Of a DNA stretch of 64,000 nucleotides, positions 1-7,911 are shown in pieces; the first letter of the stretch is position 1, and the number at the start of each line of letters is the position of its first letter. Under the pieces are notes generated by a model. The model was not told the DNA's origin and did not search any database. It was given only the letters and a program-made list of their open reading frames with translations. Source of the DNA: Minisyncoccia bacterium (GTDB taxonomy: Bacteria; Patescibacteriota; Minisyncoccia; SW-4-49-11). Location: positions 33,351-97,350 of the forward strand of contig JBIKVS010000004.1 of assembly GCA_044356725.1 (NCBI GenBank). The letters run 5' to 3'. A program made the position numbers and the translations under genes.

Positions 1-373
1 CGGGTATAACCTCTCCTTTGATGGATAAAATATCACCAGCAGTTTTGACAGCTTCTTCAAAATTACCAGTAATTTTTTCTAGAGCTGATAAAAATAAATT
101 TCCAAAATTATGTCCAGTCAATTCTCCACAGTCAAATCTATAGTTGAATAAATGTCTTAGAATTTCAGGTGATTCAGCAAGAGCCACTAGACATTGTCTA
201 ATATCTCCTGGTGGTAAAACTCCCAATTCATCTCTTAGCTTACCAGTAGAACCACCATTATCCACCATATTAACTATAGCTTTAAGATTTAGATTGCTAA
301 ATAATTTTAATCCAGATAAAACAGTGAAAGAGCCAGTTCCTCCACCAATCACCACTATATTTTTATTAGACAT
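1..373 (-). CDS. yvcK: YvcK/CofD-family UDP-GlcNAc-binding gluconeogenesis factor (5' part; runs off window)
   Basis: Manual translation: MSNKNIVVIGGGTGSFTVLSGLK...VDNGGSTGKLRDELGVLPPGDIRQCLVAL...GHNFGNLFLSAL. Not in ORF track because it is truncated. Confidence 0.92.
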   Translation of the reverse strand, partial: MSNKNIVVIGGGTGSFTVLSGLKLFSNLNLKAIVNMVDNGGSTGKLRDELGVLPPGDIRQCLVALAESPEILRHLFNYRFDCGELTGHNFGNLFLSALEKITGNFEEAVKTAGDILSIKGEVIP

Positions 374-393
374 AAACAAAATTTAATAATAAT

Positions 394-440
394 TGTGGAT
401 AACTTGGGTATAAGTCGGGGTTTCTCACAAGTTATCCACA
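394..440. promoter_or_regulatory. DnaA-box cluster, probable oriC core
   Basis: Perfect TGTGGATAA 394-402 and TTATCCACA 432-440, each with a degenerate partner 2 bp away (405-413, 421-429). Flanked by AT-rich DNA, between divergent genes. Confidence 0.7.
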
Positions 441-540
441 AAATGGAATATGATATGATTATAATAAATACATATACATATATTAAATATATATTATTCT
501 TTAGCTGATAGCAAGATTAGATTATTGAAAAGTAAATGAA

Positions 541-1803
541 ATGCAGAATAAAATTAAATTATTTATATATACTAGTATAGGCATAAGTTTGCCATTTTTG
601 ATAAGGACAACCTTATTTGAATATAATATTAGAAATATTAGTTCTCCGTATGCAACTATATATTTACATAGTCTAGATATAATCTTTCTTATAGCTATAT
701 TCTTTTTTTGGTGGAAAACTAAAAATCTACCATTTAGTGATATAAAAAATGTGGATAAGTTATGGATAACTTTATTTTCTCTTATATTTTTACACTTGTT
801 TTGGGTAAAATATCCTCTTTTGACTTGGGTTTCTGGAATGAGATTTTATTTAGGACTAGCCTTGATTTGGTATATAAGTAGATTTCAATATTTAGCCAGA
901 GACCTGAAATACACTATAAACGGACTCTTTATTGGGATGTTAGCTCAAGCTATTATAGTTATAGCTCAATTTGGATTACAAAAAAATCTTGGATTACCTC
1001 TTGTGATAGAACCGGTTTTATCTAATAGTATTGCAGGTGTGGCTAAAGTTGATATTTTTAACAATACCTTTATAAGGGGTTATGGAACTTTTCCACATCC
1101 TAATATATTGGGTTATGTTGGTATATTAGCTTTAATTTTGTTATATGCTCAAAAACTAGGCAGAAAACTATCTATAATAATTTACTCGGCTACTATTATT
1201 ATTGCAGGACTTATAGATCATTATATCTTAACCTCAATACAAGCTTTTGGGATATCTATTTTGACAGCAACATATCTTTTATACGCTAGATTAGATGGAT
1301 TTGGTAAGGTTTTTCGTAAATTTATAATTCTTATTCTACACCTTTTAATCTTACTTAGTTTTTCTAAAACGGCTATAGCATTGCTTTTAGCGTTAGACTT
1401 AGTATATTTGACAACATCGACTCAAAAGTCAATGTTCCACGTGGAACAATTTCAAAGAATATTAAAATCCCTGCCAAGATTATTCGTCAACGCAATGTCC
1501 GTATCGGGAATCATATTCTTATGGATTATTCCATATGCACAAATTATAGACACCATAACCAAAAGGTTTCTATATGTACAGGATGCTTTTCAAATGATAG
1601 GTTCTAATTTATTCTTTGGAGTTGGGTTGGGGCAGTATGTTATAAATTTATCTGATAATCGTGAATTATGGCAATATGAGCCGGTGCATAATATACTTTT
1701 ATTACTATGGAGCGAGCTTGGCTTTATTGGACTTAGTCTTATAATAGTAATTTTTTGTGTGGAATGTTACACTTATGTATATGGATACAAAAAACAAAGG
1801 TGA
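541..1803 (+). CDS. O-antigen ligase (Wzy_C)-family membrane protein
   Basis: Multi-TM protein with motifs RGYGTFPHPNILG and GVGLGQY...PVHNILLLLWSELGFIG. Confidence 0.8.
   Translation: MQNKIKLFIYTSIGISLPFLIRTTLFEYNIRNISSPYATIYLHSLDIIFLIAIFFFWWKTKNLPFSDIKNVDKLWITLFSLIFLHLFWVKYPLLTWVSGMRFYLGLALIWYISRFQYLARDLKYTINGLFIGMLAQAIIVIAQFGLQKNLGLPLVIEPVLSNSIAGVAKVDIFNNTFIRGYGTFPHPNILGYVGILALILLYAQKLGRKLSIIIYSATIIIAGLIDHYILTSIQAFGISILTATYLLYARLDGFGKVFRKFIILILHLLILLSFSKTAIALLLALDLVYLTTSTQKSMFHVEQFQRILKSLPRLFVNAMSVSGIIFLWIIPYAQIIDTITKRFLYVQDAFQMIGSNLFFGVGLGQYVINLSDNRELWQYEPVHNILLLLWSELGFIGLSLIIVIFCVECYTYVYGYKKQR
1433..1448. promoter_or_regulatory. parS site (inside CDS)
   Basis: Perfect palindrome TGTTCCACGTGGAACA matching the canonical ParB-binding parS. 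Confidence 0.85.
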
Positions 1804-2167
1804 TTTGGGTGAAAGATTGGCGGTAAAATTATTACTATCCAAAGGGTTTGAAATTATAGACCAAAATGTAAGATTGGGTAAGTTCTCAGAACTAGACATT
1901 ATTGCTATTAAGGATAAAGTTTTACACATCATAGAAGTCAAAACTGTGTATAAATGTGGAAAACTTGGGGATAACTTAGATTTTCCTATATATAATATCA
2001 CTCCAAGAAAGATCAAACATCTCAAACTAGGTGCTCAAATGTATGTGCAGAAGCGGAAATTACAAGATATGGATATGACAATAGATGCTATTGCCTGTAT
2101 TGTGGATAATTGTCATAAGAAAAGTTGGATTAAGCTTTATCCTAATATTCTAGAGGGGCTTGACTAA
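1781..2167 (+). CDS. YraN/UPF0102 family putative endonuclease
   Basis: KGDLGERLAVKLL..KGFEII..N.R....ELDIIA....LHIIEVKT. Start placed at ATG 1781. Confidence 0.85.
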   Translation: MDTKNKGDLGERLAVKLLLSKGFEIIDQNVRLGKFSELDIIAIKDKVLHIIEVKTVYKCGKLGDNLDFPIYNITPRKIKHLKLGAQMYVQKRKLQDMDMTIDAIACIVDNCHKKSWIKLYPNILEGLD

Positions 2168-2169
2168 AT

Positions 2170-2185
2170 TGTTCCACGTGGAACA
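2170..2185. promoter_or_regulatory. parS site
   Basis: Second identical TGTTCCACGTGGAACA palindrome, intergenic. Confidence 0.88.
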
Positions 2186-2286
2186 ATGGCGAAATATTGA
2201 AAAATAAAAGTTTTTACAGTACAATTATATTTATCATTTAATTCAAAGATCAGAATTATTGAACAGTATAAATAATAGATTTTAAT

Positions 2287-3420
2287 ATGGACAAAATAGA
2301 AAAGATTTTTACAGAAGCTATGGCTCTTGGAGATATTAAGGTAAATGGAGATAGAGTTTGGGACTTTCAGGTTAAAAATCCAGCTATTTGGCAAAGAATG
2401 CTGAAAGATGGTTCAATGGGTGTCGGTGAGGGGTATGTAGAAGGTTGGTGGGATGTAGAGGCTTTGGATGAATTCTTATTTAGAATAAGAAAATATAAAG
2501 TTTTGGATGCTTTATCTGATGTTTTTGGGGGTTCTTGGCAAAATCGACTATATGTTTTACAAAGTAAGGTTTTGAATTTACAAGATAAAGAAAAAAGTAA
2601 GAGAGTAGCTAAAGAGCATTATGATATAGGGAATGATTTGTATACTAGAATGCTTGATCCTTATATGCAATATACCTGTGCTTATTGGAAAAATGCTGAT
2701 AATTTAAATCAAGCTCAAGAGAATAAATTAGATTTGATTTGCCGTAAATTAAAGTTAGAAAAAGGAATGAGAGTACTAGACATTGGTTGTGGTTGGGGCG
2801 GTTTATTGAAGTTTGCTTCAGAGAGATATGGTGTTATTGGAGTTGGGATTACTATTTCACAAGAGCAACAAAAATTAGCTCAAGATACTGTTAAGGAGCT
2901 TCCAATAGAAATTGTTTTAGCTGATTATAGAGAATATTCATCAGAGCCTTTTGATAGGGTGGTTTCAGTTGGGATGTTAGAGCATGTAGGGTATAAAAAT
3001 TATAAAGAGTATATGGAGGCTGTGAATAAGAATCTAAAAGATGATGGTTTAGCTCTTTTACATACTATTGGAGATAGTGTTTCTACTACCACTACTGAAC
3101 CTTGGATAGACAAATATATATTCCCAGGAGGTCAAATACCATCTTTGCAACAATTATCTAAATCTTGGGAAAGCATATTAACTATACAAGATTTGCATAA
3201 TATTGGACCAGATTATGACCTTACTCTGATGGCTTGGTATGAGAATTTCACACAATCTTGGCCAGAGTTAAAAGATAAATACGGAGAAGAGTTTTATAGA
3301 CTATGGGAATATTATCTTTTGAGTTGCGCTGGTAGTTTTAGGTCTGGATATCTACAGTTGTGGCAAATGGTATTCACTAAGCAATATAATCGACTAGAAA
3401 GATACGAAGCTGAGAGATAG
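2287..3420 (+). CDS. cfa: Cyclopropane-fatty-acyl-phospholipid synthase
   Basis: HYDIGNDLY..MLDPYMQYTCAYW, VLDIGCGWGG, VSVGMLEHVG, WIDKYIFPGG. Confidence 0.95.
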   Translation: MDKIEKIFTEAMALGDIKVNGDRVWDFQVKNPAIWQRMLKDGSMGVGEGYVEGWWDVEALDEFLFRIRKYKVLDALSDVFGGSWQNRLYVLQSKVLNLQDKEKSKRVAKEHYDIGNDLYTRMLDPYMQYTCAYWKNADNLNQAQENKLDLICRKLKLEKGMRVLDIGCGWGGLLKFASERYGVIGVGITISQEQQKLAQDTVKELPIEIVLADYREYSSEPFDRVVSVGMLEHVGYKNYKEYMEAVNKNLKDDGLALLHTIGDSVSTTTTEPWIDKYIFPGGQIPSLQQLSKSWESILTIQDLHNIGPDYDLTLMAWYENFTQSWPELKDKYGEEFYRLWEYYLLSCAGSFRSGYLQLWQMVFTKQYNRLERYEAER

Positions 3421-3489
3421 AAACTTTAATGGTGAATTACTCTCTTCTTGTCAAAATTCTAAAAATAAGATATAATGATTTCACTATCA

Positions 3490-3574
3490 GCTAGGGTGGC
3501 GGAATGGTAGACGCAACGGACTTAAAATCCGTCGGTGATTAAACACTGTGAGGGTTCAAGTCCCTCTCCTAGTA
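3490..3574 (+). tRNA. tRNA-Leu(UAA)
   Basis: Cloverleaf; anticodon arm ACGGA-CTTAAAA-TCCGT; long variable arm; GGTTCAAGTCC T-arm; CCA not encoded. Confidence 0.95.
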
Positions 3575-3745
3575 CAAATTATAGAAACAAAAAAGCAATA
3601 GTCAGTTTTGACTATTGCTCAGGACTTGAAGGTCGGAGCGATGTGTGAGTTTGTGCGAAGCACAAGGCGAACACCGCGAGACGGGGTCGCGAGAATTTTC
3701 CGTCAGGAAAATTACTTGTGACCAAGTCCCTCTCCTAGTACAAAT
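3557..3745 (+). repeat. 23-bp direct repeat of the tRNA-Leu 3' end flanking a structured 143-bp insert
   Basis: caagtccctctcctagtacaaat at 3557-3579 and 3723-3745. Confidence 0.85.
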
Positions 3746-3777
3746 AGAGAAGCAGTCCGTTTGGACTGTTTTTTAAT

Positions 3778-4074
3778 TCCCCTCTTGAAGGGTGTCCCAA
3801 AGGGGCGGGGTGGATGGATTTATAAAACACAGGTGACATAAGGTCGCCCCTACGGGATGAGTGTAAAGCAAATGTCATTGCCTGCTTTAGGCAGAGATGT
3901 CTCCATTGAGCGACCGAAAATACTGTCCTCCCTTGGGGGAGGTGTCACGAAGTGACGGAGGAGGACAAAAAGCTCAAGTTTCAAAATACTTCCACCCCGT
4001 CCAGCGAAGCTGTCCACCCCCTCAATTTATCTCCATCCCTACGGGAGGTAAACCCGTAGGCAGAGAGGGGAATT
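3778..4074. repeat. Cluster of REP-like palindromic repeats
   Basis: Two-hairpin repeats at 3778-3814 (+), 3924-3967 (+) and 3991-4074 (-), plus GTAG-type REP ggtgacataaggtcgcccctac at 3832-3853. Confidence 0.8.
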
Positions 4075-4120
4075 TAAGGCAACTGAAAGATCGTTCTCTC
4101 CTAGTATATCTTTAAAATAT

Positions 4121-4206
4121 AGACAAAAGTTTCAAAATATGGTATGTTTCTGATTGTACGGACTCTAGAGCAATTTAGAGTCAAATTTTCTCTACCCTGA
4201 GGAGGG
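4121..4206 (+). promoter_or_regulatory. Conserved cassette leader copy 1 (promoter, GNRA hairpin, SD)
   Basis: 78/86 nt identical to 4801-4886. Confidence 0.85.
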
Positions 4207-4209
4207 GTT

Positions 4210-4659
4210 ATGTCTAACTCTCAATCGGATATAGATCCATTTGAAGAAGCACAATTTTTCATTCCCAACTCATCATACTTTAGTAGATTGTATTGTTTGG
4301 ATTATATACTTACAAAACTTGATAGGGAACATAGAAGAATGGCTTTAAATATTTCTGATGACTCTAAACTTGCATTTGAAGGTGCTAATATACAACCTCC
4401 TGAGTATATTTATATTAAATTCATTGAAGAGTGGGAGTTAAGTGATAGTGATGTCCTGCACTTTGATTATCAGAGAAGAGGAGGAATTATCCCCAAATGG
4501 GGTCCTGGTGAAAAGTCGAAAGAATCACTTTTGCACATTGGGGCAATTATAAGGTTAAATCTTTTATATCAAATTAGAATGATAGGGCCAATAGATCCTA
4601 GCCCAAATGACTGTGAGTGGAGAAGAGTAGGAAAGATTGAAGTGGTAAAGCAAAGTTAA
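4210..4659 (+). CDS. Orphan hypothetical protein (cassette 1)
   Basis: 149-aa ORF with own promoter, GAGGAGG SD and terminator. Confidence 0.75.
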   Translation: MSNSQSDIDPFEEAQFFIPNSSYFSRLYCLDYILTKLDREHRRMALNISDDSKLAFEGANIQPPEYIYIKFIEEWELSDSDVLHFDYQRRGGIIPKWGPGEKSKESLLHIGAIIRLNLLYQIRMIGPIDPSPNDCEWRRVGKIEVVKQS

Positions 4660-4674
4660 TAAGTGTTTTCATTT

Positions 4675-4716
4675 CCCCCGCGTGCGATGCGGGGGTTTTT
4701 ATTTTCGACTATTTAT
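4675..4716 (+). terminator. Intrinsic terminator, cassette copy 1
   Basis: cccccgcgtgcgatgcgggggtttttattttcgactatttat, identical to 5265-5306. Confidence 0.85.
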
Positions 4717-4800
4717 TCACTCTCTCCACCACTTCCTAAACTTAAAGTATAGGAGGAACTTAAAGCCCTACGACAAGAATAGATTATCTCTTCGCAATAT

Positions 4801-4886
4801 TGACAAAAGTTTCAAAATATGATATGTTTCTGTTTGTCCAGGCTCTAAAGTAATTTAGAGTCAAATTTTCTCTACCCTGAGGAGGG
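4801..4886 (+). promoter_or_regulatory. Conserved cassette leader copy 2
   Basis: TTGACA..TGATATGTT promoter, GGCTCTAAA-GTAA-TTTAGAGTC hairpin, GAGGAGG SD. Confidence 0.85.
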
Positions 4887-4890
4887 TTTT

Positions 4891-5253
4891 ATGTTGAATG
4901 TTCATTCGGCTGCATCAGCTGCAGAATTTTTTGTAGTAGATAGAATAACTGGGAAAGCTAGAATATATGACTTATCTTGTAAAGAGACTAAGGAAACAAG
5001 AATATTTTGGCTTCAAACTAGTCCTCTGAAAACAGAGTATATAGTTCTATTTTGCGATGTAACTTTAGACAATGGCAGAACAATTTCAGGTGGTGGTGAA
5101 ATATCTATTATAAAAGAAGAGTTTGATAAACTCGAAATTAATGATAATGTAGAAATAGGATTTGAGATACGTCAGAATTTCGGAGAACCTAGGAAATTAT
5201 ACCCACTTACATTAAAGTTTATAGATAGAGAAGGAGCTCTCGATCTTTCTTGA
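4891..5253 (+). CDS. Orphan hypothetical protein (cassette 2), possibly OB-fold-like
   Basis: 120-aa ORF with own promoter, SD and terminator. The fold is a guess from the beta-strand pattern. Confidence 0.75.
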   Translation: MLNVHSAASAAEFFVVDRITGKARIYDLSCKETKETRIFWLQTSPLKTEYIVLFCDVTLDNGRTISGGGEISIIKEEFDKLEINDNVEIGFEIRQNFGEPRKLYPLTLKFIDREGALDLS

Positions 5254-5264
5254 TTACCCCCCCC

Positions 5265-5306
5265 CCCCCGCGTGCGATGCGGGGGTTTTTATTTTCGACT
5301 ATTTAT
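5265..5306 (+). terminator. Intrinsic terminator, cassette copy 2, with its 5' C arm extended to a C13 run
   Basis: Identical to 4675-4716; poly-C at 5257-5269. Confidence 0.85.
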
Positions 5307-5355
5307 CTATAATTTGGTATAATAAATATACTTCAAATTAAGAAAATATACTGTT

Positions 5356-7911
5356 ATGCCCTCGCCGATGATGACTCAGTTTTATGAAATCAAAAAATCT
5401 TATCCGAATGATATTTTGTTTTTCCGCCTTGGGGACTTTTATGAAATGTTTGCAGAGGATGCGAAGTTAGCAGCTCCAATACTGGATTTAGTGCTAACAG
5501 CAAGAAAGAATACAGTAGATGGTAGTATTCCAATGTGTGGGGTACCTTATCATTCATCTACTCAATATATTCAAAAACTAATCAAAGCTGGACATTCCGT
5601 AGCTTTATGCGAACAACAAGGATCAGCTCAAGATACTAAAGGTTTAGTCACTAGAAAGGTGGTAAAAGTCATTACTCCGGGGACAGCCTTATTTGAGACT
5701 GAGACAAGTGAATCAAGATATATAGCTAGTATTTATAAACAGAAAGATATTATATATATCGCTTTTGCTGACTTAGGGACTGGAATTTTTGAAGTGGGGG
5801 AATTTAGTTCTCAAGAATTAAAAGATATTTTAAGTTCAAGACAAGTCAAAGAAATTATATTGCCACAAAATAGTGATTTGAGTGAAGAATTAAAAGATTT
5901 GGGTATAAAATTAAGTATAGAGTCAAAGTGGAACTTTCAATTAGAGCGGTCTATTGAGACTTTGACTAAACATTTTGGAGTTACTAGTATGTCCGGATTC
6001 GGTTTTGAAATTGATGATTTACGGTTAGCCCCAGCAGGAGCTTTACTTAATTATCTTATTTATACTCAACAAGAGGATTTGAAGCATATTACAAAATTGC
6101 AAAGCATGAAGTTATCTCGATATATGCGATTAGATGCCCAAACCATTCAAAATTTAGAGTTGTTTTATCTATCAAGAGCTAGTCAAAAGGGAAAAAGTTT
6201 TTATCAAGCTATTAATTATACTAGAAATCCTCTGGGATCTAGAATGTTGAAAAACTGGATATTAGCTCCATTATTAGATATTAAGTCAATTCAAACTCGT
6301 CAGAATCATATACAAAATTATATTCAAAACCCTAGTAAAATTGACCAAATTAGAGATTTATTAGCTCAAATTGCTGATATTGAGAGACTATTAGCTAGAC
6401 TTTCTAGTAATGTCGGCGGACCTAGAGATATGTTATTATTATCCAAAAGTTTTGAATATATTATTAAAGTTTTAGAGATTGATAATGAGGATTATATAAA
6501 GTCTGCTATAAAGGCTTTGAGTCAATTAAACCCTCTACAACAAGAATTGCAAAAAGCTCTACAAGAAAATGTTCCAATATTAGCTCGGGATGGTGGATTC
6601 GTGGCCAAAGGTTATAGAGCAGAAATTGATGAGTTACTAGATTTAAGTCAAGGAGGTAAGGAGTGGCTACTAGAATTACAAACCAAAGAACAAGCGAGAA
6701 CCGGGATTAATTCTCTTAAAGTTAAGTATAATAAGGTCTTTGGATATTATATAGAAATTAGCAATGCTCATAAGAATCAGGTTTTACCAGACAATTATAT
6801 CAAAAAGCAAACTTTAGCTAATGCAGAGCGATATATTACTCCTGAATTAAAAGAATTTGAGGAAAAGATATTAAGTTCAGAGTCTCAACTATTAAATTTA
6901 GAACAAATAGTTTTTGAAGAATTAAGACAAGCTATTATAGCCGAGGCGGAACAAATTTATACTATTGCTGAGACTTTAGCCTATATTGATTGTATACAAG
7001 CTGGGGCCAAATTAGCCCTAGATTGGAATTATATAAAGCCTATAATTACTAAAAAATCTAAATTATATATAGAGGCCGGCCGACATCCAGTTTTGGAGCA
7101 GTTAATTACAGATTATATACCTAATAATTGTAAACTCACCGAACCAAATCACTCTCTAATGTTAATTACAGGTCCTAATATGGGAGGTAAATCTACTTAT
7201 ATTAGGCAAGTAGCTTTGATTGTGCTTCTAGCTCAAATTGGATACTATGTCCCAGCTATTGAGGCTGAGATTGGAATAGTGGATAGAATTTTTACTCGAG
7301 TAGGAGCTTCGGATAATATGAGTGAGGGACAAAGTACTTTTATGGTGGAAATGCTTGAAGTTGCAAATATTTTGCATAATGCTACCAAATCTAGTTTGGT
7401 TATTTTAGATGAAGTCGGTAGAGGCACTTCTACTTATGATGGGATGAGTATAGCCAAGGCTTTGATTGAATATATTCATAATACAATTGGAGCTAGAACT
7501 CTATTTGCGACTCATTATCACGAATTATTAAATTTGGAAGCAGAATTAGAGGGAGTGGTGAATTATCAGGTTTTAATTCAAGACTCTGAGGATGATATTA
7601 TTTTCCTACATCGTATTGAACAAGGTGGAGCTGATAAAAGCTATGGAATTGCCATTGCTAAATTAGCAGGATTTCCAATAGATGTGCTAGAATTAGCTAA
7701 AGGAGCACTTATTCAATATGAACAAAAAAAGTCTCAATTATCTTTTTTACCAACAAATAATCTAAAATCGCCTCAAGATCCAGCAATAAACCCAAAAATT
7801 GAGAAATACAATAATTTATTACAAAATCTGCACTCTTATAATTTGAATAATTTAACTCCGATGCAGGCATTATCTATATTAGATGACTTACAAAAGAATA
7901 ATCCACTATGA
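5356..7911 (+). CDS. mutS: DNA mismatch repair protein MutS
   Basis: FFRLGDFYEMF, ITGPNMGGKSTYIRQ, STFMVEM, DEVGRGTST, FATHYHEL. Confidence 0.98.
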   Translation: MPSPMMTQFYEIKKSYPNDILFFRLGDFYEMFAEDAKLAAPILDLVLTARKNTVDGSIPMCGVPYHSSTQYIQKLIKAGHSVALCEQQGSAQDTKGLVTRKVVKVITPGTALFETETSESRYIASIYKQKDIIYIAFADLGTGIFEVGEFSSQELKDILSSRQVKEIILPQNSDLSEELKDLGIKLSIESKWNFQLERSIETLTKHFGVTSMSGFGFEIDDLRLAPAGALLNYLIYTQQEDLKHITKLQSMKLSRYMRLDAQTIQNLELFYLSRASQKGKSFYQAINYTRNPLGSRMLKNWILAPLLDIKSIQTRQNHIQNYIQNPSKIDQIRDLLAQIADIERLLARLSSNVGGPRDMLLLSKSFEYIIKVLEIDNEDYIKSAIKALSQLNPLQQELQKALQENVPILARDGGFVAKGYRAEIDELLDLSQGGKEWLLELQTKEQARTGINSLKVKYNKVFGYYIEISNAHKNQVLPDNYIKKQTLANAERYITPELKEFEEKILSSESQLLNLEQIVFEELRQAIIAEAEQIYTIAETLAYIDCIQAGAKLALDWNYIKPIITKKSKLYIEAGRHPVLEQLITDYIPNNCKLTEPNHSLMLITGPNMGGKSTYIRQVALIVLLAQIGYYVPAIEAEIGIVDRIFTRVGASDNMSEGQSTFMVEMLEVANILHNATKSSLVILDEVGRGTSTYDGMSIAKALIEYIHNTIGARTLFATHYHELLNLEAELEGVVNYQVLIQDSEDDIIFLHRIEQGGADKSYGIAIAKLAGFPIDVLELAKGALIQYEQKKSQLSFLPTNNLKSPQDPAINPKIEKYNNLLQNLHSYNLNNLTPMQALSILDDLQKNNPL

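Noticed and set aside
144-386. 80-aa + strand ORF
   Set aside because: Antisense shadow of yvcK.
3897-4115. 72-aa ORF
   Set aside because: Made entirely of GC-rich REP-like repeats.
3557-5306. Possible prophage or integrative island at tRNA-Leu
   Set aside because: No integrase or phage genes; the att-like repeats are only 166 bp apart.
4121-5306. CRISPR array or classical integron
   Set aside because: Only two long repeat units, no spacer periodicity, no cas or intI gene, and no attC (RYYYAAC...GTTRRRY) structure recognised.
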